Positions 26,401-40,400 of a stretch of 64,000 bases of DNA are shown here, piece after piece. Positions within the stretch are counted from its first letter, which is position 1; each line of letters begins with the position of its first letter. Made by a program: the position numbers and the translations under genes. A model generated the notes under the pieces. The model was not told the origin of the DNA. It did no database searches and was given only the letters and a program-made list of their open reading frames with translations. This DNA comes from Octopus bimaculoides (Eukaryota). The stretch spans positions 192,534,721-192,598,720 of the forward strand of contig NC_068981.1 of assembly GCF_001194135.2 (NCBI RefSeq), written 5' to 3'.

Positions 26401-29400
26401 TATTACTGGCATAATTCCTCTCCCAAGGTTTAATAGTATTTAAATATATATTTATATATATATATATCTATATGAGTGGAAGTCAAAAATTATCTGCACT
26501 TTGCCATAACATATCTTTATTATTGTCACACGGATTTATGTACATGTGTGTTTATAGTTGGTACTATTGTGGTCATGTGATCAAAGTTTGAGTCTGATCG
26601 CACTGTTTTTCTTTCTGGTTTTATGGTGTAACTATGGCTGCTTCACTAGCAATGTTTGCCAAAGAACAAAGAGCAATGATCTGATTTCTCTGGTTGGAAG
26701 GTGTGTCAGGTGCTGAAATCATCAGAGGCTTTTAGCACAATATAGGGACAGTGCGCTACTGCGTAGAAGTGTGTATGAGTGGATCAAGAAGTTTAAAAGT
26801 GACTAGACAAGTATGATGCACAAAGAGGGAGCATTATGCCTGCCAACCTCCACCACTGACGAGAGGATTCAGCAAGCTCGAGGGATGGTGATGGTGAACT
26901 AGCAATCTATCATCGATGAGGTAGCTCATTCTCTACAGATAAGTCATGGTTCTACCTATCAAATCATCCATGATGAGCTCAGCTTCCATAAAGTCTGTGC
27001 AAGATGGGTGCCAAGAGATCTTGCTGCAGAGCACAAGCACAAATGTCTTGAAGTCTGCCAATGTTTACTCCATCGCTACAACCATGGGTCCATCATAATG
27101 AGGCAGAATCCAAAAGACAAAGTATGGAGTGGAAACAATAAAGAAGACAAATTAGAAACATGTCTACTTATTTCATCCATGAGATTCTTAATATCAAATG
27201 TGAGCGATTGAGGTTTTTATGGATATGGTTTCCTTATTCTTCTTTTTATAAGATTATTTTTCTTTTATTTCACAGTGTTTCGATGGAATCAATGGAAATG
27301 GAACTTGTAAATGTAAAGAAGGCTTTGGTAAAGAAGCATGCTGGGATTGTGCAGCCGATGATATGTTTGGGCCCCAGTGTACCGAGAGTAAGTACCAAAT
27401 GAATTAATAGTCCATGTTTACCATTAATGAGTATAAAATTACTCAAGATAGTTTTGGCAGTTATTTTGGTTCTGGGAGATGGCCATATCTGAGGGTAATA
27501 GGTTAATCTGATTTTGTTTTAAATATTCTGCTTGTTTTATTCAAAGTTAAGAATAAAGCAATCTCCATGAACCGTTTCTAACCAACGTTTGATGATTACA
27601 TTTGGGAGGGTTTATTAACCTGTTTTCATCCTTGATTAACTATTTCATACTGTTTCCTAAATAAACTGATATTCTATTTAATGATTTTACTTTAAAGAAT
27701 TCATGCATACACATACATACATATATGCATACATACATATATGCATACATACATACATACATACATACACACACATACATACATACATACATACCTCCTC
27801 CTCCGCATCCTCCTCCTCCTCCTCATCATCCTCTTCCTCCTCCTCTNNNNNNNNNNNNNNNNNNNNNNNNNNNNNNNNNNNNNNNNNNNNNNNNNNNNNN
27901 NNNNNNNNNNNNNNNNNNNNNNNNNNNNNNNNNNNNNNNNNNNNNNNNNNNNNNNNNNNNNNNNNNNNNNNNNNNNNNNNNNNNNNNNNNNNNNNNNNNN
28001 NNNNNNNNNNNNNNNNNNNNNNNNNNNNNNNNNNNNNNNNNNNNNNNNNNNNNNNNNNNNNNNNNNNNNNNNNNNNNNNNNNNNNNNNNNNNNNNNNNNN
28101 NNNNNNNTATATATATGAAATGTAAAGCACAGCTGGACAAAACAAGCAAGCAAGCGACCAAGCAACCAATATCTAATCAATATTTATGTTGGTCATTAAT
28201 CAATAGAGATTATGTAAACATCTCATTATTTTTCAACTTGCAGAATGTACGTGTCGTTATGGTGAGTGTGACAGTGGCATTAATGGCAATGGACAATGTA
28301 AGAAATCTAGTTGCCAAGTAGGATTTAAAGGACGAAATTGTGATAGACAAATAACCAGTTGCAATGGGAAAGTTTCTGTATGTCTAGCAGTCACTGAATG
28401 TCTTGAAAATAATGAAATCAGGTTTGTATTCATTACACATTTTATCTCTCCTTTTCTCTTTTAAATTTAGATACTCTTATCCCATTGATTTCAAATTGTA
28501 GCACAAGGCCAGCAATTTTGAGGGAGTAGGCAAGTCGAACATTGATCCCAGTGTTCAACTGGTACTTATTTTATTGACCCCAAAAGGATTAAAGGCTAAG
28601 TCAACCTCAGGAGAACTTGAACTCAGAATGTAAAGACAGGCAAAATGACACTAAGTATTTTTCCCAGCATGCTAACAATTCAGTCAGCTTCCTGTCTTCC
28701 TGTCAATTACTGGTCGAGACACTGTGTCCCATTTTGTTACCATATTTCTGTTGAGATGTTTTGTGTTTCTTTCAATTAATTTTAAATATAACAAAGAATT
28801 TAGTAAAATAACTTAGTTATTAAGCTAATGATGTTAAGAACATAAATTGTGATTAAGGTTTGCTGGAAGATTTTAACTGAGAACTTATGAAAACAAGACA
28901 TTTGTACACAGAGCCAGAGGTGGTTTGAGCCAAGTTGGTATCAAACGGGTTAAATTAATCATTTGTTAACCCTTTTGTCACCATTTTTCTGTTGAGATGT
29001 CCTGTGTTTCTTTCAATTAATTTTAAATATAACAAAGAATTTAGTAAAATAACTTACTACAGATGCCACTGTCTGTTTTAGCATGGTTTCTACAGATGGA
29101 CGTCCTTCCTAACACCAACCACTTTATAGAGTGTTTTGGGTGCTTTTTTTATGTGGCACCATCACCAACAGGGTTGCCAAGTATCTAGCAAGACAAACTC
29201 TCCCTCTACTGGGAGGTGGGGAGAAGTATTGATGGGGCGTGGCTTTGTGCCAGTTGAAGAGTACGATATGTCATAGATGGTTATATTTCAATATGTTTCA
29301 GATGTTTGTGCTGGCCTGGCTATGAAGGTAATGGAAACCAATGTACAGAGATTGACCCTTGTAAAAATCCAAATATATGTCACGAACAAGTGAGTTGACA

Positions 29401-29885
29401 TCCAAATTTCACTGCTTTATTTATTTCCAATGACCACACCTGAACTTTTAAAATACAGGGTGTCCACAAAGTCTAAGTACATGGGGATTAATGCATACTT
29501 TAAGAAATTATTATTTCTTATATTTAATTGTTTATGTTATAATATTATTTACTCCATGTACCCAGACTTTGTGGACACCCTGCAGTTATAGGAAATTCTT
29601 GGCATAAACATTTTCGCAATAGGAAAATTTTCCATAATAAATTAAGCTATAGGAAAATTCATCATAAAAATTTGTCATATTCTTTTATTTGTTTCAGTCA
29701 TTTGACTGTGGCCATGCTGGAGCACTGCCTTTAGTCAAACAAATCGACCCCAAGACTTATTCTTTGCAAACCCAGTGCTTATTCTACTGGTCTGTTTTTC
29801 TGAACCACTAAGTTATGGGGATATAAACACACTAACATCGGTTGTCAAGCGATGGTGGAGGAACAAACACAGGCACACAAACATA

Positions 29886-29935
<50 letters not shown>

Positions 29936-32474
29936 ATGAGCTTCTTTCAGTTTCCATCTACCAAATCCACTTACAAGGCTTTGGTCGGCCCGAGGCTATA
30001 GTAGAAGACACTTGCCCAAGGTGCCATGCAGTTGGACTGAACCTGAAACCATGTGGTTGGGAAGCAAGCTTCTTACCACACAGCCATTCCTGTGCCTATA
30101 GGAACATTCACAGCAAAACGCATGTTATTTGTGCAGCATTGTTTGGAATTGCCATACATTTTAAAAGATCTCATCATGTTTTAATCTGGTGAATTTTCCA
30201 GTACAGCAAAATTTCTTATAAGCCCAAAAAATCACTCCATAGTTGCCCACGGGTATATGGTGTAGTGGTTAAGAGCACAGGCTACTAACCCCAAGATTCC
30301 GAGTTCAATTCCAGGCAGTGGCCTGATTATCAATAATAGTAATAATAACAATAACATCGAAAAATACCTTAGGAATGAGAATATGGTTCAAAATTTCCCC
30401 AATACACCTGATGAAGGTTGGAGGGTATATCAGCCAAAACGTGTTAACAACAAACAAGATGAGGACAAATATCCGTCAAATGTAAATAATATAAATAATG
30501 AACAAATTTCCCTACACCAAATTTTCCCCTGACAAAAATGTTTCTGGAAATCACCCCCCCCCTCCAAAAAAAAACAAAAGCTAAAAACAGATGAATAGTG
30601 GCAGACGGTTAAAAGAAAAAAAAGCAATGAATAAATGTGAAAAGCTGAATGTGTGTGTGTGTGTGGGGGTGGGGTGCAAATAAATAAAGAATGGTGGTCA
30701 AAATTTTGGATCAAACTGGCTTTTGGGAGTGGTGGATAGGTATGTGGAGGGTATATCAGTCAAAAGGTGTTAACAACAAAAATGTGGACAAATATCCGTC
30801 AAATGTAAATAATGTAAATAATGAACAAATTTCCCTACAGCAAATTTTCCCCTGACAAAAATGTTTCTGGAAATGTTTTAAAATAATTCATTTCTGTTTG
30901 GCATTGTAGGCTACCTGTACGAAGACTGGTCCTGGCAAAAACAATTGCACCTGTAATGAAGGTTGGGTTGGCGATGGCCAATATTGTCATGTGGCACGTA
31001 TATGTATGCTGCACCGAGACTGCGACCCAAATGCCGAGTGTCAGCTTAGTGGACCAGGTGGTGTAAGTTGCATAAAGTTTATATAAATTCTATCAAAACG
31101 GCAAAAGACCAACTCTTTTGCATGAGAAACAATCCAAAGCAAAGCCAAATTTTGGTCAATAGCATAAAACACAGTGGACACAGAATATTTAATTAGTTTT
31201 TATCTCTTGTCATTAGTATCATTGCACACATAAGGCTGGTAGAATTGTTAGAACACTGGACGAAATGCTTAGCAGTATTTCGCTTGTCTTTACATTCTGA
31301 GTTCAAATTCTGCCGGGGTCAACTTTACCTTTCATCCTTTCAGAGTCAATAAAATAAGTACCAGTTGCATACTGGGTTCGATGTAATCGACTGGTCCCCT
31401 CCCAAAATATTTAGTAGAAAGGATTATCATTTTTACTCTTGTTATAGTTAAACTTTGTTTTTATTAATAGTATAAGCACCCATTACACTCTCGGAGTGGC
31501 TGGCATTAGGAAGGGTATCCCGCCATAGAAGACCATGCCAAATCAGACTGGAGCTTGGCACAGCCTTCCAGCTTACCAGCCCAGTCAAACCGTCCAACCC
31601 ATGCCAGCATGGACAATGGATGCTAAATGATGATGATGAGTATATTGTTACAGGAAGAAAATGAAAGAAAAAACATCAAAAGTATAAAAAACCAAATTAT
31701 CAGAGAAGAAAAAACAAAAACTTATGACTACCACACCAAGGAAATAAAGGAAAAGAAAAAAAGGGGGAGGGATTAAGCAGCAGAAGATGGGGGAGAGTAA
31801 CGGGTTGTATACCCCAGAATAAATGGGGTGTTTAGTTGTTCCTCACAAACATGATTGCAAAAGTGTTGCCATGGAGAATAGCCATCATCACTCACTGAGG
31901 CAGCCACTCCACCTTGCAGGGAAAGAAGCAAGGGAACACATCATTACTATCTCCCAGTTGTTGGTTTAATAACGGCTTTAAATTTTGGTACAAGGCTAAC
32001 AATTTCAGGAGAGGATTTAGTTGATTATGTTGAGTCCCATTGTTCAAGTAGCACTTATTCTATCGACCCTGAAAGGAGGAAAGGTAAAACCCAACCTTGA
32101 CGGAATTTGAAGTCAGATTGTAACAGAATAGACAAAGTACCACAAAACATTTTGGTCAGTCAGATAAACCTTCTGCCAACTCGCCCCCGTCACTTGTTAA
32201 TTTTGATTTAATTTTCTTTCAGTCTGTGTGTATTTGTAAAGATGGTTTCATTGGTGATGGCAAAACTTGTACCCCTGAAAATCCCTGTAAGATCAACAAT
32301 GGAGGCTGCCATCACAATGTAAGTAAAACTTGAAGAATTTGAAATGTTTCCTTATTACGAGACATCATTGTTTACAGAGTGCATTTTTCAAAACCATATT
32401 AACAGATTAATAGTAGTTTCTCCGTAGGCTTGTTATATTGAAATATCAATCAAGTACTGGACAAATGTAACTAG

Positions 32475-32512
<38 letters not shown>

Positions 32513-32546
32513 CACACACATACACCCACACATGTACACATGCATA

Positions 32547-32587
<41 letters not shown>

Positions 32588-33210
32588 CTTGATGGAATTT
32601 GAACTCAGAATGTAAAAATGTAAAGATGGATGAAATGCCACAAAGCATTTTGTATACATAGATACACACACACACACGAAGGGCTTCTTTCAGTTTCCAG
32701 GTTAGGTTAAAAATTCCAATACAACAACTGAGTTCAACACAAGACACCTGAAAAAGACTGGAGTGTACAACAGGTGAAACATAATGACAGCAACAATCAA
32801 GCTGATGACATCACTCTGATTAATGCAAACAGGTGTACATGATAGAAATTTCTCATCTCACAAATATAGAATTGTACATCTTCCAGTGTTATATCTTTTG
32901 GAATCAGGCACTTTGTGAAATGACTGGCATCGGTGAAAGAGAATGTGTATGTCGTCCTGGTTATGTTGGTGAAGGATTATCATGTTTTTCAACAATTATG
33001 GGAGAAATACGAAATCAACCGGATCTTTCAGAACTCTCTGATCTGCTCAAGGTAAGTAACTTTCAGAAATAACTTTAAAAACAAAAAAAAATCCAAATGG
33101 TGAAACACCAGGCCATTGAGCAGGTGGGATTTTTTTAAACCTTTATATGACACACTCAGTACAGAGTTCATTTAAGCAAATCACCGTCATTGTTGTCATC
33201 ATCATCATCA

Positions 33211-33245
<35 letters not shown>

Positions 33246-35681
33246 CATATAAGCAAAAATGAACTTAGAAAAAAAAACTCAGAAAGGCCTTTGGCATGCA
33301 TTTGAACAATGTAGACAAATACAAATATATCAAATATCATACAACATAAATTCTTGATTTTTTTCAGAATTACTTCTACCTCTAGAGGATGTGTCATGAT
33401 TTCCAAATAGCAATTACAACCAGCTCTGTATCCATAACTATCCTCTTATCTCCAGACAATAAACTGGTCCTTTTCCTTAATGGTATGTCTTTGGAGAATT
33501 CTTAATTTTTGCGATCATCTCCCCATTGTCTCATATGGAGATAAATTTTGTGATAACAGAGGCACCTAAAGCAAGAAAATCATGGCACATTACCAAGCCA
33601 TTTGATGTACCTGTGAGTTATGGCTGGTTGAATTTTACCAAACAATGAAACTGGAGGGGAAAAAGTCATCAAATTTGAATTCTAAGTTGTTTCTGGTAAC
33701 ATAGAAATACATTGTTTCTTTGCAGGATGTTACTTATTTCTGGGAAGAAAATGAAAAGTATACGTTTTTAGCTCCTAATAATATTGCTGTACTGAAATTT
33801 AAACAGCGTGCATCAGTCTCTTATTGGCAAGAACGATCTAATATCCTTGATTTAATTGCGTGAGTAAAGTCTCTGACATATTTTCTTTTTGTTGCTTTAT
33901 AAAAAAGATTGTTCTTTTTATTCTTTTATTCATTTACTTGTTTCAGTCATTTGACTGCGACCATGCTGGAGCACTACCTTTTGTTGAACAAATCGACCCC
34001 AGAACTTATTCTTTGTAAGCCTAGTACTTAGTCTATCAGTCACTTTTGCTGAATTGCTAATTTATGAGGACATAAGTACACCAGCATCAGTCGTCAAACA
34101 ATGGTTGGGGGACAAACACAGACACACAAATACATACATACATCTTAATAATACTAAAACTCTAGAAGATGTTTGTTTGTTCCTGAAATATCTTAGAAAT
34201 AGTATATTTTATCTTAATTTTTTTATCTATATATTTTCATACTTACTTTATGTAGAGCAGTATGAGGTTTTGTGATATTTGGACCTCTATTTATCAATGA
34301 AAACGATTAAACACAATTTTTGTTTGTTATTTCTTGACGAAAATAAACATGGCTTCCGTAACATCAACACACATACACATGTACAGAATATACACACATA
34401 TAATGAATGTCATGGCGTGTGAATCAACACAAACACACGTACGCTACCTCTGACATATACACACACATAATCTTCACGCTCTCTCTTTATTACTCTCTAA
34501 GAAAAAAAAAACAGACTTTTTGATGTACACACACTGACATAGAGAAACATCTATTTTGCAGAGATTACTTATTGTTTCATCATTTCAGATTTTATTCTAT
34601 TTCATTTATTTGACACTTGTAATCTCTTTGTTGTTTTGCTTTAATTTTCTTAATACAACATTACATACAAGAACAAATACTGATCAATTAAGCCATATGG
34701 AAAGACACGGGGATCACTTGGTTCACTTGAACTGACTGGATTACCACCACATAAACTTGAATTGAAGAGAGGATCTCCTATAATTTCAATGAGAAACTTA
34801 GATCCTCCAAGGCTTTGCAATGGAACATGGATGATTGTACAAGTAATGTACAAGAATCTAATCATAGCAAAGATCAATGTTGGTGCATTAAAAAATGATA
34901 TTGTCATGATTCCTAAAATTAAATGTAATACATCAGAAGGTGAAGATATACTGTGAATACTTTACTGGGCAACACTGGATAGTAAATCTCGTACATATAT
35001 ATATATATATATATCATCCAAAATGTACAGGTACTATATATCCATCATGGCTGATATTACCAATCAATTTCGCACAAGGAATACAATGGAATGTTAGGTA
35101 ACAATCCTGACTTATGGACTCTTAGATGACTCACGTATATATATCATCATCATCATCATCCTTTAATGTCCGCTTTCCATGCTGGCATGTGTTGGATGGT
35201 TTGACTGGGGACTGGCAAGCCAGGAGGCTGCACCAGGCTCCAATCTGATCTGGAAAGGTCTCTACAGCTGGATGCCCTTCCTAATGCCAACCACTCCGAG
35301 AGGGTACTGAGTGCTTTTTACATGCCACTGGCACATATGTATGTATACAAGCATACATACATACATACATACATTCATACATACATATATATGTATATAT
35401 ATAATGAAGAAATAAATATGATAATTATCCCCTTATACAGCACAAATAATTAGCACTCTAATATAGTATCAGGAATATAAAGTCAAGAAAGTGAAAACAA
35501 ATTTCAAAGGTTAGTGTTCAAAGGTCAGTGTTCAAAGGTCAGCGTTCAATAAAGACTACTTTACTTAGAAACAGTTGAAGGCTTGCAATAAGAAAAAGCA
35601 TCTGAGGTGACAGGAAAATCTGCCTCACTGACTTCCATCTGATCCATGCAGGTATGGAAATGTAGATGTCAAAAACGCGGG

Positions 35682-35717
<36 letters not shown>

Positions 35718-36341
35718 CAATGATGATGAAGATGTTTATACATGCTTCAGATTGATGTTTTAAATGCTTTGCCACAAATGAGAGAATTAATGTCAAGTTT
35801 CTGTCCCATGTTTTACAGGTTCCATACTTTAAATGGCAGCTACAGCATGGATACTTTGCAGCAAATGAACCAAGAAGAATTTAAGACATCCATGACAGGT
35901 TTCAATGTCATGATCGTCACAAACGAAACAGTAAACAAAATTCTTTAACCTTCGTCATTTTCAGTATTAAATAATTAAAGGAATTACTACTGTTGCTGCT
36001 GCTGCTGCTACTACTACTACTAATACTACCACCACCAACACCACCACTACCATCACTGCCACCGCCACCACCACCACCACTCACACACATAAAGACACAC
36101 CAACACAAAGATACCCACCAACCCACACACACACAAACACACACACATACAAACACATGCACACACACACAAACACAGACACACATACAAACATATGCAC
36201 ACACAAACATATGCACACACAAACACATGCACACACATACAAACACACATACACACACACACACACACACTCACACACACACAAACACACACACACACAA
36301 ACACACACACTCTCACACACACACACAAACACACATACAAA

Positions 36342-36380
<39 letters not shown>

Positions 36381-37379
36381 ATACACACGCGCACATCATC
36401 TAATACCACTGCTTTGTCAACTAAACCTTTCATTCCTGAAGTTCAATAATCAATTCCTGAGTTTTCTGCTCAATTTCCAATCCATCACCCAATAAAATGT
36501 TTTAATTTCTAATCAAAACCAATTTACTAATATTCATTGACCTTTTAACATTCCAATATTTCTTTTCTTCTTAAAGGACGTCATGGTGACAACACGAGAA
36601 ACATCAGCAGTCATGATTCAAACTGATTTACTCTCTAGCAATGGTTACATCCATATAATAGATCAGGTAAGATCAATAATCAATTATACAAATATGATTG
36701 ATTTTTTCCCCTTCTCAGAAGATTTACATTCATATAATTTTGATGAATTAATCAGTGAAGGTGCATGGTCTAATGTTTAGAGTCCTGTAGAGACAGTCAC
36801 AGGATTATGGTTTCCATTCTAGCACCAGGCAATGCTTTGTATTCGTTTCATGTTGCTTTGGGATCACTTCAACATCTGACATGTGGCACATCATGCACCA
36901 GTATAGGTAGTTCTGTTATTCTTTTACTTGTTTCAATCATTTTGACTGCAGCCATGCTGGAGCACTGCCTTTAGTTGAACAAATCAACCCCAGGACTTAT
37001 TCTTTGTAAGCCTTGTACTTATCCTATCGGTCTCTTTTGCTGAACTGCTAATTTACGGGGATGTAAACACACCAATGTCAGTTGTCAAGTGATGGTGGTA
37101 GGGACAAACACAGACACAAACACACACACACTTATATGTATTTATATATATATATGTGTGTATATATATATCATCGTCATCATCATCATCGTTTAACATC
37201 TGTTTTCCATGCTGGCATGGGTTGGACGGTGTGACTGGAGTCTGGGAAGCCAGTGGGCTGCACCAAGCCCCAATCTGATCTGGCAGTGTTTTTGCAGCTG
37301 GATGCCCTTCCTAATGCCAACCACTCCAAGAATGTAGTGGGTGCCTTTTACATGCCACTGGCACAGGGGCCAGAGGAGC

Positions 37380-37415
<36 letters not shown>

Positions 37416-40400
37416 GATGGGCTTCTTTCAGTTTCCATCTACCAAATCCACTCACAAGGCTTTGATTGGCCTGTGGGTGTAGTAGAAGATGCGTGCCCAA
37501 GGTGCCATGCAGTGGGACTGAACCTAGAAGCATGTGGTTGGGAAGCAAACTTCTTACCACACAGCCACTCCTGCACCTATGTTGATTTGATGAAGGGAAT
37601 GAGCTAATGTACAGCTCTAGCATTTGATCTCTATAAGCAAATCATCTGTGCAGTTTGCTTAGCAAGCAGCTGCAGAACCCTCATCTGTCATTTATGACAA
37701 GAGAGTCCACCATGAATTAATCAGGAATATTGGGGAAACATGAATTGACCATTGTTGGCATCAACTATCAAGTGAAAGAAAATATAGTTGAAATTTACAG
37801 AAAAACAAAAGACAAAGACAGGTGTATGAACAACAAGCAGGTCTATTAGTTTGACACTCGGGAAAGTGAGAAAGTCTTTTACATTTCAAGCCTAAGCTCT
37901 TCAACAGAAAGGAATAAGAGAAAATAAACAGAGAGAGAATAAAAAAACTGGTGGATTTAGTGATCAAGCACATATATTAAAGGTTTGTAGGTATGTGGCA
38001 CTTTGTTATGCAAACACAATATACTATGAAGTATACTAAATGTTTTTATAAGTCAGTACCAAGTCCTACTGCATCAGCAGTGCTTGTTACATTATTCTTA
38101 AGATTATAAAGTTCTATATTTAAGAGATGAGGAATTATGTACATTATTTACATTTGACGAATACTTGTCCTCATCATGTTTGTTGCTACCATGCAATGTG
38201 TTTGAACCTGGAGCCATGGGGTTGGGAAGCAAGTTTCTTACCAGACAGCCATGCCTGCACCTATGTGAAATCTTTAAAACTAAATGTTTTCTTCCTTCTC
38301 TTTTAGGTTCTGGAACCTTTCCTAGAAAATCAGGAGAGACCATCTCTATCGGAATATTTTTCTGCTCATCCAGAATATTCTACGTTTTCGGAAGCATTGC
38401 TAGTAAATATTTTCTGCATCTTTTTCTTTCTTTTTTTTTATTTAGTATTCTACAACTCTATAAAGGTTCATATGTAGACAGGGTAAATAACAACATGGAC
38501 AGTTGATCCTGGAGTTGACCAGTGATGTGTTCAAATAAACCCACTTTCAAATATCAAATAACCAAACTGGATTACAAACTTTTTAAATAGCAACAAAATA
38601 GTTGCTCTTAAACATTGTTTGCCTCACCAGCTGGAAATAGCTACCAAATCTCCCAGACTCACACTCAGTCGTCTTAAAAAAGGAAGAACACAAATGATCA
38701 TGTAGCTCTACACATAGAGAAAAGCATAGATGGGATGATCATGGCTGGATTGTCTTTCATTATAGATCTGGTCAATCAGGGCTAACTGAAGGCTCAGTAA
38801 CTGGCATTGTGTTCTTTCAGTTGCTGAGTTGCTTTAACCCTTTTGTTACCATCTTTCTGATAAAATATACTTCCTTTCTAATATGTGTCTTCCCCTGGAA
38901 GGGGAGATAATCATTTCTTCAAAATATTTGGCAGGATTAGAAATTTGAATTTGAAATTAATGAATCACAAGGAAAAACATGCAGAGAACTCACATGTTTT
39001 ATTTTTCGTTTTGTTTACTTTTTATGAAGTTCTTGAAATTTCTGGTCAGTAGTAATCCTATATAGCTGTATTTCATTCTTTTTAGAGATCATCAGCTTGA
39101 CAAAACCTCAAATCTATTAATTAAATACCATATGAAGCAACACATTTCTTGTAGATGGAAGATAATTACAGTCTGAAAAAATTCATGGAATGTGTGTTTT
39201 GCTTTTCAATTAAATTATTAGAATAAAAAACAATTTAGCAAAATAAGTTTGTATTGTCAAGTGGAACAAATTAACATGAGATTTCAAAGGAAGATTATAA
39301 TTTAGATCATTTTAGGACAGGAAGTTTGTGTCCAGAATAAGAGGCTGAGTCAGGTAGGTTGGTATCAAAAGAGTGGTACCATGCATAATATATTGTTGTT
39401 CCTATCTGGTTTCTGATTGAATAAACCCATTCCAGACATGTCCTTTGTTTACAGGCATTAAAGTGTGAATTGAAGGTTTCTAGTGGATCACTAGGGACTC
39501 CCACATTGGCTTCCATATTATATGTGTTTTAGAGATTTGTCAATTTCTGTTGTGTATTTTGGACCTCAACAGATCTAAGAATCTACTGCTGTTTAATACC
39601 ATTGTCATGATCAGTGATGTTACATTTAAAACAGGAATGTCATAAATGCTATCCTATGATATTTAACTCATTTGATACCAATCTAAGACTACCCCTGGTT
39701 CTACGATATAGCCTTCCTGTTCTAAAATGGTCTAAATTATAACCTTCCATCAAAATTTCATGTGTGTTCTCCACATCATATAAATAACAACAAAGTTAGT
39801 CTATTAAATTCTTCATCATCATCAAAATTAATTGAAATAAAAGCAGTATATTTCAACAGAAATATGGTAACAAAAAGATCTAAAGTGATCTAAATTTAAA
39901 TCTTCCATCAAAATTTCACTTTTTTTCCAAACACAGTATTTATGCTGACAAGGTTTTTTGATTAAATTCTTCATTATTTTCAAAATTAATTGAAGCAAAT
40001 TTCAATTAATTTCAATAGAATTATTGGAATAACAGACTTAATAGTTCAAATCTAGTGATAATGACAGATAAAATATTTTGACTTTTTGTTAAAATTGTGA
40101 TATAATTCTAAAATAATTATTTAAGAAGAACTCATTTTCTTTTGTTTGTGACAGTCTGATTAATTAAAAAAAAGTTTAATAATAACCCTTTAACATTCAG
40201 ATTATTGCTCTTAAATTTAATGCTTATCTATTGATACCAGTTTTGAATTAATCCTCATTATCTTGTAACTCTGAGATTTTGATGATGTGATTGTTTATTT
40301 TTAGAATGAATTTGTAGGGTAAACGTGAAAGGCCTGATCTGACCAGCTTTAAACATAAAACAGGTAGAATATTGGGGCTAGATAGGGTTGGTTTAAATGT

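Noticed and set aside
39086-39170. Candidate exon [16 protein letters not shown] resembling the FAS1 LLxYH motif
   Set aside because: Needs a phase-2 entry while exon 22 ends in phase 0, has no good donor, and exons 23-24 already complete the domain.
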